From: Magallana gigas
Lineage: Eukaryota
Direction of reading: 5' to 3'
NCBI RefSeq assembly: GCF_963853765.1
Contig: NC_088856.1
Location: 48,112,001 to 48,176,000, forward strand
Length of the DNA: 64,000 nucleotides
The notes beneath the pieces were generated by a model. It was given only the letters and a program-made list of their open reading frames with translations. It did not search any database and had not been told where the DNA came from. Of this stretch, positions 13,230 through 58,844 are shown one piece after another. Each line of letters begins with the position of its first letter. The first letter of the stretch is position 1. A program made the position numbers and the translations under genes.

Positions 13230-13939
13230 TGACCATCGCTATATCAAAAGTGCCCTTAATATTTCCAAAACCAACATAATTCGAATTTGCCAAGTCAGTT
13301 TAAAATGGCCGGTTTAGAATCGACATTCTCTGGTTTTCGGCCAAGCATTAAAATTTCAGAACTCTATGCCCCAATGTGTGCATAAGGTGCGCTTTTTGGC
13401 CATATGAATTACTAATCATCTAAGGAAGATATAGATTGCGTTAGCAGGAGCTGACTGTTTATATATAGCCAAAAAAGGACAGATATAGAAGGTGCTAAGA
13501 TTTCTTAATACACATGTACATCAATATAGGGACACAGTACGCTTTAGCAGGTTATGTATTTTTTTCTACAATGATCGCTATACCTTCATAACCTGCATGA
13601 ATCAGCAAAGAAAACAGTTTATTGTTTATATTTACATTTTCTTATGACATATTGATAAATTGATAGTAAAGCGTAAGTAAAATTTAACAAATTACTGTTA
13701 ATGTACATCAACTGTATGCTAGCTAATCCTCTCCTAAGGCATCATGATTATTTCGTGCAGTCCGTGCCGATTATTTTCGTACATTGCTGTAGGTTTCGAC
13801 CAATCGATAATCAGGGCATGTAGATTTCAGTCTGTAAATGTAATTAAACAAAACAAAAATAATGGTTTTCAGAAATAGGGGGATTTTATGAACAGAAGAT
13901 GTGTGGTTTTATAAGTGTGGAAAAATTTATTTATTTAAA

Positions 13940-14600
13940 CAATATTTTATTCAGTATGATATAGTGAATGGGATTAGGCAGCAGACACAGACTAATTTAG
14001 CCCTCTCTCTACATCAAGGTCAAAATGAACAATTTGAAATATCTAAATGTTCAATACTGATAATACAATACAGACTATAGAAAGGATACAAATCAAAAAA
14101 AAGAAAGAGAAAGAAAGAAAAAACTAACAATATAGTACCGGTTTGAAAAGAACAGATAAGACTAAATGCTGTTTTCATATATTATTACAAAAAGCGTTTT
14201 ATTGCTGCAATAAAGATATGTACTACTTAAAAATTTAGATATTTGAACATTGATATGAAAATCCATGATTAGGACTACCATATATTAACATTAATTCAAG
14301 TTAAAGTTGATGAGCACAACTAATTATGATATTTTTTTATGACTTGAAAAAGTATCATTCTACAGGAATCATACTTGGGCATTTGAAAAAAATGATAAGC
14401 ATCTTCAACAGAATTTTCACAATTACCACACATTATGGTTTCTGTTAAACTCTGATTATACATATCTGCCATTGATAAAATTGCATTGTTCTTTAATGAC
14501 AATGTATTACGTGTCCCAAACATAAAATGATTATTACTTTTCCTAAAAAAATATGTATTTAAATGGATTCTTACATGTAAACGAGGATATACTTAAAGCA
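13940..14600 (-). mobile_element. Decayed 3' end of a non-LTR retrotransposon (CR1-group LINE)
   Basis: Zn-binding-like C-terminal remnant CGNCENSVEDAYHFF..PKYDSCR (ORF 14320-14523), followed by a 3' tail AATAAAATATTGTTTAAATAAATAAAT on the minus strand. Confidence 0.55.
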
Positions 14601-16412
14601 TTTCTAATGTGATCTGGTAAATCAAGCCATTGTTTGACAGTGGAAGGGAAAAAACTGTCCATATAGGATGAAGTTCTTATTTGTGGAATTTTAAATTGTA
14701 CATCACTGGTTCTAAGCTTGTAAGTGTGAACTGGTGTGTGCGTAAGTGCATCAAGCTATAGCTAGCTATCCATACATTACTAGCTGATGTGAATGCTTTC
14801 TCTAAATGTGCAATCTATAAAAATTTAATTGATCATTGTACTTTGCAGTATTATCTTATAAAAAAAAATCCTTTACAATGATATATCTGTAAGAATCTTA
14901 TATATGTAAATTAAGATTATCATCTCCCTGTCTGCCCCTCGAAACTGGTAGACATTAGAAAGACGTGTGTGTCCTTTATGTACTTCAAATATAGAAAATG
15001 AATATCATTTCATATAGAAATGTCCCTTATCTTGTTATTTAAGAAAAAACCTTTTACTAAACATGTATATCAAACTTTCTGTCTTTAATTCAACTACTGT
15101 CACCACAAAATGTAAAAAAAAAAAAACCCCAAAAAACAAATGTGCAATTTAGGTAAGTATGTTAAGAAAGCTTTTGTTATTATAGAAAACTCTATGTGTA
15201 AACTTGCCTTTTTTTTTAAAGTTACCCGTTCATATGTACAGCTGTTGACCAAAGTAAAATACAATACTCCTACCTTGCTTTTAATGCAATGGTCTTGGGT
15301 TATCTCTCCTTTCGCATTAAGCCAATTTGGCATAGAAGATCAATGAAATCAGTTACGCAAAATCTTTTAGATTATATAATTAGAATAATATGACATTTAA
15401 ATGATGAATTGCCATAAATCAGCTGAAAATAAGTTTAATATTTTATCACAAAGAAAAATGTTGAACAAGCGACATACACATGCAATATTCAAAGAAATTA
15501 ATTTATTAAATTCAAGGTATCAAACTATAGTTTGTTATACCCTGAATGTAAACCATAGTTAATAATAATCCACAACAACTTAACGTACAATGGATATATT
15601 TATGTGCACTGATGCGGAATCAGGTTAACACGTTTCCATGGATATAATTCACAAGTGCCCAAGCCGAGATGTTTGTAATGAATTTGAAATTGGACTAAAA
15701 TAGCGCAATTAATTAATTGCCAACTTTTTTTTTAATCTTAGCTCGTCACAGAAAAACAAGTTACGTAAGTTAATTTCATTCATTTTCCAATGTTCAAAGA
15801 AATTTAACATTATAAATCTGCATAGCAAAAATACAAAATTAATAATATGATTAGTTTTTAAAAGTATGCAAATCGTATAATTTCTGTTTTGATATGTTTC
15901 TAAATTACGTTGCAAAATAAAAAGCGGAAAATAGCTCAATATAATATTATAAGCATGCAGTGAGTGATGAAATACATGTTTGGTTCAGGCCCTATTTCTC
16001 ATTCTCCACAGTAACCAGCAATTGAAGAAACCATGCAACTTAGTTCTGGATGTGAATAAAACCATTTCTTTTGCTTTAAACATTGTTTACAACATAAAAC
16101 TTTGCGTTTCTTTTATTTGCTTAAAAACTCGTGAATTTGGCGTGACTTCAAAATAAATTTGTATTTTAAAAAAACAAACTAATCTCGTATGTCTTTATTC
16201 CATAATCAGTTATAGTACATGTACCCCGTTACCCCTGAGTTAAAACACCGTCAATAAAAGTCAAAATTTTCTCTTTCTCATCATATCATTATCATTGCAC
16301 TATCCAGTTTGTTGGACCGCTTTGTCACATGCCATTAATTGTTATTAGAAGTACGTGTACTAGTAAGACATAATAATTTATAGTGTATAGTATGTTTCAG
16401 AGGTGTTTACAT

Positions 16413-16585
16413 AAACTATGTCGTGTGCTAAGATGTAGAGATGGAAAATAGTCAAAAGAAACAATTTAATTACTGGTAGGCCTTTATAATTTATAGTTTA
16501 TAGCATATTTCAATGGTGTAAAAACTATGTCGTTTCTTAAGATGTAGAGATGGAAAATTGTCAAAACAAGCAATTTAACTATTTC
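16413..16585 (+). repeat. Partial tandem duplication, ~60-bp block, period ~109
   Basis: AAACTATGTCGT...AAGATGTAGAGATGGAAAAT.GTCAAAA at 16413 and 16522. Confidence 0.7.
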
Positions 16586-17049
16586 ATTTTTTATTTTCGC
16601 GGGGTTTTTTAGGGCAGAAAAACAGGTACTTTTGAAAACAGCATCAAACCTTTACATGTATGGTGATGAAGAGTTACTTTGCTCATCACAATGTCTGTTT
16701 ATAAATTACTTGGATTTAAAGACATTTCATGCACCCTTTGCAAATCAGAATATATGTTATATAGAACATATGAAATAATCATTTAATTGTTGTTTATAAA
16801 AATTGCGATAAAATTTTTGTGTTATACGGCAAACCATCTATATATATTCTATATAGAAATACTAAACGAAATGGTCTGAACTGAAGTTACATTCCATGTG
16901 TCCGTTGCAAAAATAAAGATCCTTAATTTATTTTGATTTCACAGAACATGAATTTTTGTAAAGGACACCTAACTAGCCTTTCAAAATACAAAGATCGAAC
17001 GTGTACCATTTTATCGCATGGTCAAACGACAGGCGGTATAACCACCTTT

Positions 17050-19140
17050 TTTTAATTTTCACTTTATGTTAATGACCTAGAGAAATAACATATATTATTG
17101 AAAAGGGAATTAATGGTTTAGAGAATTTTTCTAAAGATGTTAAAGATGATTTATTCATTGTTATGAAACTGTTAATAACACTGTGCCGGATAATTATACC
17201 AGTGTCATTGTGGCATTTTTGCACCCGCTTAAGAGGCAGTTTCGGAAAAATTCATACATGCAATATGATAGACCATTGTCTAGAAAGTATGTAACCACTT
17301 TTGTTTTTAGTGTGTTTCAACTGACAGGTGAGATATTTACCTTTAAAAAATAATATCCCATAGAAAAATGATAATTCCCATAGGAGAAATGATTCTCCTA
17401 AAGGAAATAATTGACAATCCTATAGAATTTTCTAAAAAAAAAATCCTATAGGAATCACATGTATATTTCCTGTAGGAGAATGGAAATTCCTGTGAGAATT
17501 TGATTCAGACAGGCAGTTTTCCTATAGGAAACTAATATCTCCTATCGGATTTTATCAAATCCTGTCGGAATTGAAATTCCTGTGGAAGTTCTTATATTCC
17601 GATAGGAAATTTCAAATTTCCTGTAGGAATATTGTTTTTCTCATGGGAAAAAAAATATTTTCCAGTAGGATTGTTTTTGAAAGGTAAATATCTCACCTGA
17701 CAGGTGAGATACAATGATAACAAAGGTGGTTGTAAGCTCTCTAAGCAATGATCCATCATGTGGCATATTTGAATTTTTCGATATATGCAGCTTAGACGGG
17801 TCCAAAAATGCCACCTTGGCACTGGCATAATTATCCGGCACTGTTTATACTGTTTCTGTAGACGATACTGTATAATTTTATCTGAAACCCCAAGCGATCT
17901 TTAACGTGCTCTTAACGAATTTCGTGTGTGTTGTGAAACATGGAAACTCCATGCTAATGTTAAAAAAACTAAAATTGTCATATTTTCCAAAGGACCTGTT
18001 CCTAAACAAACATTTAGATTTAAAGACGAAGTTATAGAAATTATCAAAGAATTGAACTATTTGGGTATTTTATTTTCAAGATTGGGATCATTCTGCAAGG
18101 CAAAAAAAATCTTTGTGACCAGGCACAAAAAGCCATGTACGGCAATATTAGAAAAATACGACCATATATAATTTACCTTTTGACTGTCAACTAGATTTGT
18201 TCAACATAGTTGTAACTCCTGTCCTGTTATATAGATGTGAAATTTGGGGTTTTGAAAAAAAATAGAATCGAACGTTTCCATTACGCTTTTAAAATATATA
18301 TTTAAACTTTAAATCTAGTACTCTAAATTTTAGGGTATATGGAGAAACTGGACGTTACCCTCTTTATATAAGTATTTTTACAATAATGATATCGTTTTGG
18401 GAGAGATTGATATATGGAAATGTTACAAATTGTGTACAATTGTTAAAAAGCATTTGTATAATTGATATACCAAAAACCAGTCCACCAATCCATGGATATC
18501 ATTGATTTATACATTATATTTTTAACACAACAAGAATTAGTAATATTTGGATGGATTAAAATTTTACAGTGTCAAGTGATCAATTGCTTCAATTAATCAA
18601 AAACTTAAAGATCAGTTTCTTAAAAAAATGCATGGTACAGTGATATCAACAACTCCAGTACAGGAATAAGTTTTTAATCAATTTTTAAAACAACGTTTGT
18701 TTGTGAAAAATAATTAAATACATTATATCTAGAAAAAGACATACTTATTTTAGTAAAAGTAATCATCATCTTCCGAAAGCTGGAATAATTTTCAACCACA
18801 TTAAAGAATCTGCAATCTGTGTGACAATTATCAAATTGGGGACGAATTTCACTATCTGTTAGAATGCAATGAATTAGCTTCAATAAGAAAAGATTATATA
18901 GTAAGAAAATACCATATGTCCAACCACATATTATCAAGTTCAGTAATCTATCGACGAATACCAATTCTTTGTTAAAGAAAATAATATGTATTTTCATGAC
19001 AACAATTTATGAGAACTGTTATCTATAGGCAAAATGAGCCAGCTCTGCTCATTCAGACTTTGTATACATGTATTTATTTTATACATATAACCCACCACTT
19101 GTACCATTGGTTTTGAGAGAATAAATGAATTGAAATGAAT
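17050..19140 (+). mobile_element. 5'-truncated, decayed LINE (L2/Crack/Daphne-like RT ORF), interrupted by a foldback element
   Basis: Pseudo-translation across stops and frameshifts: FSLYVNDLEK..KGINGLE..LFIVMKL | insertion | LF.VDDTV (YADD motif remnant)..WKLHANVKKTKIVIFSKG..NYLGILFS..LLYRCEIWGF..VYGETGRYPL..CNLC..IGDEFHYLLEC; 3' tail AATAAATGAATTGAAATGAA. Confidence 0.8.
17181..17843. mobile_element. Foldback DNA element with ~180-bp TIRs and an internal palindrome array
   Basis: Left CTGTGCCGGATAATTATACCAGTG...GACAGGTGAGATATTTACCTTT mirrors right AAAGGTAAATATCTCACCTG...CACTGGCATAATTATCCGGCACTG; centre holds ~15 copies of a TTCCTATAGGAA-like motif. Confidence 0.8.
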
Positions 19141-19295
19141 TTATAAGAAATGAACTCAGTATACAAGTTATACTAGTATAACCTGGTTTAAGGCAGTTTA
19201 TAAATACGAAGCAGATTATAAAAATTAAAGTGTAAATTGGTCAACCCAGATTATACGAGTATAACTTGGTTAAATACTGAGTTCATTCCTTATAA
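19141..19295. mobile_element. MITE with ~45-bp imperfect TIRs
   Basis: TTATAAGAAATGAACTCAGTAT..CAAGTTATACT.GTATAA versus the reverse complement of ~19246-19295. Confidence 0.65.
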
Positions 19296-19588
19296 TTTAA
19301 TTTTCTGTAATTTACTGTACGAATTAAGTGCGTGTTACTTTCAATAATGATATTATCTGTTCAAAATTCAAACGCAGATAAGTACGGTTTTGACGTTGGT
19401 GCATTTTACAATTTTTCGATTAACATTGAAAAACATTACAGCTCTGTGCAATAATATAGTCCTCGAGCAATAATGCGTTCAAAATGCTAAGCTAGACAGG
19501 GGATTACATACAAAATGATAATGATGGACTTCACAGAAACTGTATAACAGTGGCATATATACTGGTTAATATTTGTAAGCTTCGATCT

Positions 19589-19590
<2 letters not shown>

Positions 19591-19673
<83 letters not shown>
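19591..19673 (+). repeat. (TA)n microsatellite, ~41 units
   Basis: Direct reading. Confidence 0.97.
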
Positions 19674-19676
<3 letters not shown>

Positions 19677-20294
19677 CAAACCGCTCCAGTGAATACACTG
19701 CATGGCAAAATTTCAACCAAATCGAGTTTACCACTCGAGACCTTTATGTGAAAGTTAAGATAACATGTTTTCCCCCCAAATAAATTCAAAACTGAAAGAA
19801 ACACCGAAGAAGTGTGTATAATGAATAATAGTATTTTATTCAAATAAGTTTAATATGACATATACATTGATTTACATGTAGCATGAAAAACATATATAGT
19901 TGTTCATCACAAGAAATGATTTACTATATAGCATTTTAATTTACTTACAAATGTTGATTTAATAATATCTGCAAACAACTGTGAAATAAACATTTTCATC
20001 TAGAGTTAAAAATTTCAGATGTTTAAACTTGGTTTAAAAATAAGTACGCGGTCTTTTTAACACCCCAGTCTCAAATTATTTTTTTTTTATCATAAATATG
20101 TTATATAGTCCTTCACTGAACTTTATTAAAATAAAATGAAATAAAAAGAAATTTACTGATGAATCGGTTGATAGGAGGGTCGAACCCCTCTCCCAGTATG
20201 TAGTATTTCTCCGTAAAAGCACTTAGCAAAGAATTTCGATAAATAACTGCACGTAATATTAAAACTACGGAGCTAATTCAAAATGAAATCGTCT

Positions 20295-20400
20295 GTATAT
20301 AAAAGGCAGATTTGTGGTACGAATAGTTTTCAGTCAGACTTGATTTCGTATTTCGCGCGCAAATGTAACCAAACCGGAAGTTTGTATCACATGTTAATGT
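20295..20400 (+). promoter_or_regulatory. Probable proximal promoter of AHCYL exon 1a
   Basis: CpG-rich patch; TATATAAAAG near 20297; E2F-like TTTCGCGC at 20351; ETS-type CCGGAAGT at 20374-20381; ATG at 20413. Confidence 0.5.
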
Positions 20401-20412
20401 ACAGAAAGCAAA

Positions 20413-53063
<32,651 letters not shown>

Positions 53064-55026
53064 TGAAACACCCGTCATTAGAAGTTTTAAACATCACACC
53101 AGTGTCACTATAATGTCACCCTCCTTCAAGAGTGAGATCTATTTATAGAAGTCTGTTGCAGACTCAGAGCTTTACGTTGTTTTAGGCGCATTTTGATTGG
53201 TCGACTTTCCACCAGGGGATTTCCCTGTTAGTTGAACTATTGTTTGGTACTTCAAGCACTGTATCTTGTGATATTGAATACTTTTTGTACTGTGATGGTT
53301 TTGTTGATTTTGAAGACTGATTATCAAATCTAATGTCCGATGTTTTTAACTTTAAGCATTAATGACATTTTTTTTATATTCCCCATTAAAATGGAATTAC
53401 TTGTATGAAAAATTCACTTGTATGAACGTTTAACATATGTAAAGAAAATGCAAGTTTTCATATTACTGACAACAAATATTTTTATTTTGTGCCAAATGTT
53501 ATAGGGAGTTTCTGAAAGTAGACTTATATTTCTTGTCCATGCAACAACAACTCAAAAAAAAAAAGATTTTTTGATTTTGTGAGGAAAAATTACAAAAAAA
53601 TTTGAAGGCGTTTTTTTTTTTTTAAATATATTACTCTTTTTAGGACTCTTTTTGAAATACAGAAAAGAGGCTTTGCAATATTTACAAACATGGCAACTTG
53701 TTTGAGAGAAAGCAAGAGAGAGTTAGTTTTTCACTGTTAGAAAGAGAGGATCATGTACGATCAGTGTGTATGTTTGTTAGTCTGTGTGTGTGTGTGTGTC
53801 ATATGTTATCATGTTAATCAGAAAAAAGGTGTAATGGAATATGTTATTGAATTATCAGGAGTGGATCCATTACTCAAAGGAGTGGAGTTGAAATCAGCAA
53901 TAATAAAGAAGAGATTGATACTTGAAGAACTGAACAGCAAATTAAAAGAAAGTGAATTATAATGACAGAAATAAGAACTCAAGCAAAGGAAAATAAAGAA
54001 AAGGATGATTTTTAATTCTTAAAAAATATGGATCCACCCCTCAAAGCATTAGTAATCAGTTTGTGATGTTATCATGTATCAACATATTTTGAGATTTAGG
54101 TCATATGACACTTTAGTTTTATTATAGGAGAGCTTATTCATCATACATTCCCATAACATCTACAAATATTTGATACTGATAATCTGAAGAAGGGTTGTTT
54201 TATTTCATTATTTTTCTTTCTTTTTTTTTGGTAAATTTCCAACATGGTCTGCCATTATCTCAGGAGCAAAAAATATTTCATTCTGTTTCTGGAAAAAAAA
54301 AAGAAATGATGCATGTAGTTGTTTCTTTCCTTATTCCTGTAAATCTCAGGGGAAAACATGATGAATTATCAAATTTATTTATTGCTTAAAAATTTTAACA
54401 TTCAAAACTTTGTATTGAGATGCACAGGTTGTGTAAAGTTGATGGGGAAAATCCGTATGGAACCGTTGTCAAATTGATTCATCTATCTAGTTCTCTCCTT
54501 TTAATGCATTTAATTCCAGACCCGAAATGCATTCATTTCAACTTTAAATTCATTGTTTAATTCCATTAGTTTTCCTCATATGGCAACTGTTTTCATTTTA
54601 ATAGACCATTTTGATTAATTTCTTTTCAAATTTAATACCATATATAGGAATGAGATAAAGAAAACAAACTCAAAATTATTTGTATGACTAAGAGTTTCGC
54701 TTTACTAGTCAACACTGTACCGTTTTGTCAAAGTTTTGATTTTTTTGATAGACAAAATAAACTATTTCAAACAGAAGTTATATCTTAATATTTTATTTTC
54801 CTTGTGTTGGAGATAGAAACTGAAGAGTAGAAAAAATGAAAATTTTTTCCAATAGTTGATTTAAGGTAGGAAATCTATAGTCACCCAATCACACAGATAA
54901 ACCGGTTGGGCACAGTTTATGCTGACAGGTATAAATTGATTCACGATTCATTCGATAAAAAATAAAAAGGTAATCTTTTTTGTTAAAACCCAGAAAGATG
55001 TAAATATTAATATAAACTATATAAAG

Positions 55027-55027
<1 letters not shown>

Positions 55028-55063
<36 letters not shown>

Positions 55064-55440
55064 ATTCTGATCACATTTTGTCTGTCGTCCGTCTGTCTGT
55101 AAACGTTTTACATTTTGAACTTCTCTAAAAACGCTTGGCCAATTTCAACCAAATTTGGCACAAAGTATTCTTATGGGAAGGCAAATATAAATTGCAAAAA
55201 TGAAAGACCGTTCTTTATTCAAAGCGGAGAAAACCTCGAAACTGTAGAAAAAGGGGGGTGCATTTTTTAAAATCTTCTTCTCAAGAACAACTGAGTCAAA
55301 TTCAATGTAATTGAGCATAAATAATCCTTATGAAAAGGAAAATATAAATTGCAAAAATATGGGGTAATTCTGTTTCAAATCTGAGTTATTACGAAAATAA
55401 TAATAAAGGAAAGTCGTGTTTCAATCAGTTTATAGCTTTG
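55028..55440 (+). mobile_element. Helentron-type non-autonomous element (HINE) with Cg170-like internal units, 3' end missing
   Basis: 5' TTTTTAGCTCACCTGAGCTGAAAGCTCAAGTGAGCT hairpin, GTCTGTCGTCCGTCTGTC microsatellite, ~157-bp-period unit (TTATG..AAATATAAATTGCAAAAA at 55171 and 55328); family recalled from oyster literature, not searched. Confidence 0.75.
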
Positions 55441-55452
55441 GGTTCAGTATCC

Positions 55453-55686
55453 ATGAGTCTTGGTAAAAAGGGTAGGCAAAACCGGGCCGGGCAAAACAAA
55501 AGATTGGCAGTTAATAATCTGCCAATCTGTTTAAAATTTTCAGGATATTTTACGGACCAGTATATTTGTATTCGCTGTATATATTGCTGCAAAACGATGT
55601 GTAATTTGGAATTGACGATTGCCGATCTACCCCGGCTTTTATTTTTCACCTGCCCGGGTTTGCTTACCCATTTTACCAAGACGCAT
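55453..55686. mobile_element. MITE with ~32-bp TIRs abutting the Helentron
   Basis: GAGTCTTGGTAAAAAGGGTAGGCAAAACCGGG versus reverse complement GCGTCTTGGTAAAATGGGTAAGCAAACCCGGG. Confidence 0.75.
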
Positions 55687-56039
55687 TACATAATCGGATT
55701 TAATATAAAAAAGTTAATTTGTTTTTATTGTGGTGTTGTGTATTACTTTGCGTCTAAACGTTAAGTGTTCTTATGGAGAGTAAATGCGAGCAATGGTATT
55801 TTTGTCACAAAGTATTGATTTTTTTTGGGCTTACTGATCTGATATCCCAAGTTTTTAGTGTAACCCTCTATACCAGCCATCAGTACCCCTTTTGTACCTA
55901 GTGCCAAACAGTTGGTGCTTATATCGCTCTTTTAAGGCCGGATTCCATCAAAGACACTAGTACTCTTATGGAGCTGGTGTTGGTTAGATGGCACAATTCC
56001 TTCTCAAAAAGTACTCTGCTACAATTTGTGACAAATGAT

Positions 56040-56210
56040 ATTCAAGTATCCTTATGTAGTGTAGGTTCTAAATTGTTCAAACCGTAACCCCAAACCAATA
56101 TTGGGGTCCCAGAAGGTTCAAGTTTTAACATAAAATTAGATTGGAAGAAACTTTCAAAAATCTTTTATAATCAATAGCATAACGCTACATTATGTGATCT
56201 AACTATGCAA
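56040..56210 (+). repeat. Single degenerate Cg170-like satellite monomer
   Basis: TTCTAAATTGTTCAAA...GGGGTCCCAGAAGGTTCAAGTTTTAACATA...AAAAATCTT resembles the recalled oyster monomer. Confidence 0.4.
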
Positions 56211-57162
56211 AACAAAAACCAACTCTGTGGACCAATCAGATTTCCGGATTTTTCCAAGAGATATAAGACTGATTCATATCGTCATTGTGTCGTACATTAA
56301 ATCATACAAGATTAACGTACACAGTATACTCATGATCAGTACCTTAAGTAACGAAACAAAGACGGTCTTTAGAATTTAAATTGTTCATTCTGAAAACAAC
56401 CAAAAGAAATTGGAAAACTTGAAGTTAGTTGTAAAGATTTTTTTTTCGTGCAAGAAATTTTTGCCATGTTTGCGAGAGCCTTATTGTTTCGAATATTGCT
56501 TACCCCGAATCAGTTTTTAAATAATCGGCATCTGAATTACAAAAATAAGTCGTGAACCAATTTTTCTACGTTGAATCATGAAATAAATTCGTCGTGAATA
56601 AACATTGGTTTAAGTATTGTTCTAATTGGTATGAGGAGGTTACAAGCGGTGCATGCTATAACCATAACACCATAACAACATGGAATTCTTCTGTCTATAA
56701 AATCAAAATTACTCAAATGTCTTTCATTCAGTAAACTGTACTTATGATAATTGCTGTTGTAGTAAAACGAGTGAAAATACGTGAATTGAGATTTATATTA
56801 ATATGATCATTATGCATACATGTCCGATTAAAGAAACGGGATGCTACATCAAATATCAAATCCTCTATGCGACTCAATTGTTGTTATTATGTAACATTGC
56901 ATACATTTGGATCACAGTCAGTGTTTGAAGAATCATTACAAAATGGTGAAACAATTACATGTACGCCCTTCACAGAACCGAGGTTTCTGGTTGGCTGTTG
57001 GTTTGTAACGATATTTCCATTAATGACATTAAAAACCAATAATAACTGTTTGGAAAAAAGTCAAAAGCTATACATATGATAGAGCAACACACTGGATTGG
57101 GTTCATTTCAAATTTTCTCAAACAATATTTGCGAACTTTTACAGATGCAATAGTATATAAGG

Positions 57163-58741
57163 ATGATAGTGATAGGGACTTATTTTGAACGTTTTGCTGT
57201 TTTTATGAGTTGTTTCTTGGTTTGTGATGTCATGACACTTAACAGGAATTTTAATTTTGAGAGAGATGAAACGTTCAAAGATCTCCTTCCCGTCACTGGC
57301 AACGCTAATTACATAGAGACCAGGTATGACCTTAGTCGGATTGAGTGCAGTAGTAGCTGTGTATTTTGTGCCGGATTTCTGTATTCCAGTGCGACAGGAA
57401 CTTGCCATCTTTTGAAAACTCGTCTCGTCGAGGGAGATTTTGATAGAAATCGAGTGGATATCGGATGGAAGCTTTATAATAGTTTGAACGGTATGTTAAC
57501 AATACTAAATAAGCGAATTAAAGTCTTCAATAAATAATTAGTGTTAAAGAAATAACTTTCAGACAACATCACATTTTAACTAATTCTAAAGAAGTTTTTT
57601 TTTGGCTTTAATTGAGATTATACATAAAAGCAAAAGTTAGTTTATAGTGGTGTTTTATTTAGAAAAAAATCAAACCTTGTTGTAAAAAATTGTCAAGACA
57701 AGTTAAAGAAATAATAATGTAAATAATGTCAGATATGATAATATGAAATTATAGCCTTCTGATGAGGTCAATACATGGTTTTATAAACTGAATGAGAGTA
57801 CATTGACCGTGGACGCAGTATAAATATACATATGTACTCTCATCAGGTTTATAAAACCGTGTATTGACCGATATCAAAAGGTTACAATTGTTTTATTCTG
57901 ATAAATCAAAAATTAATTCTCTTGAAAAGTATTTTTTCATGAAAATGTAAAGGTAATGATTTAACTATTGTGACATCATATTGTTGCACATGTCAAAACC
58001 TATTAATTTGTTATGAAAATCTAGTACAGTGAGATTTATAAAACGGACGGTCACTTGACAGCAATCGAACAATCATACACTTGGGGAAAAATACGATATT
58101 ATAATAATGTATTTAAAGATCAATTATTATGTTATTGGCCTTTACTTGAAACTTAAAACGAATGCAACAAATACAATATGAACAAAACATCCAATACTGT
58201 TCTTATTTCATTCATTACTTATCAGATATTTTTTCTACACTTAAACAGTATGCAAATCGGGATGGCACCTCTACAACACTCATTGTTATACATATGTGAA
58301 GATGAATGTAAACTGGGAAGACGCAAAGGTATCTATTAAAGCAATATGAGCTGTATATGTTTAGAAAAAAAAGCTGCTAGTATGATAAGTCTGCATATAA
58401 CTTAAACTTTTATGATAAGTAAGGTTTGAAAAAAAATCATTATTTTTTTTCAGAGGAAAGATTTCTCTCCCAAGGAATATATTGCAAATTAATTTTTGTA
58501 CAGGACAACAACAATTCAATTATGCTCCAATTAAGGCTTCTTAACGGCCTGTTCACACAAAAATATGGCTAAAAGATTTTTAAAAACCATAATTTTTTTC
58601 TTCATTTTAGTAGAAAATTACATTTTTGTTAAAAAAAAAAAAATTCAACATGAAAATTGCAGCTCATACTGCTTTAAGCATTTTTGGTTTAATGAATCAC
58701 GTTTTCACATATGCAGAGATATTAAATAATTGTCATGTTGT

Positions 58742-58779
<38 letters not shown>

Positions 58780-58806
58780 TACAACATGACAAGTTGTCAT
58801 GTTGTA

Positions 58807-58844
<38 letters not shown>

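Noticed and set aside
17350-17675. CRISPR-like repeat-spacer appearance
   Set aside because: Repeats are only ~12 bp and degenerate, spacers 7-15 bp, no cas genes, eukaryotic TE context.
19487-19843. ORFs with poly-(IY) tracts
   Set aside because: Artefact of the (TA)n microsatellite.
20177-20186. tRNA B-box-like GGTTCGACCC on the minus strand
   Set aside because: No A-box or cloverleaf can be built around it.
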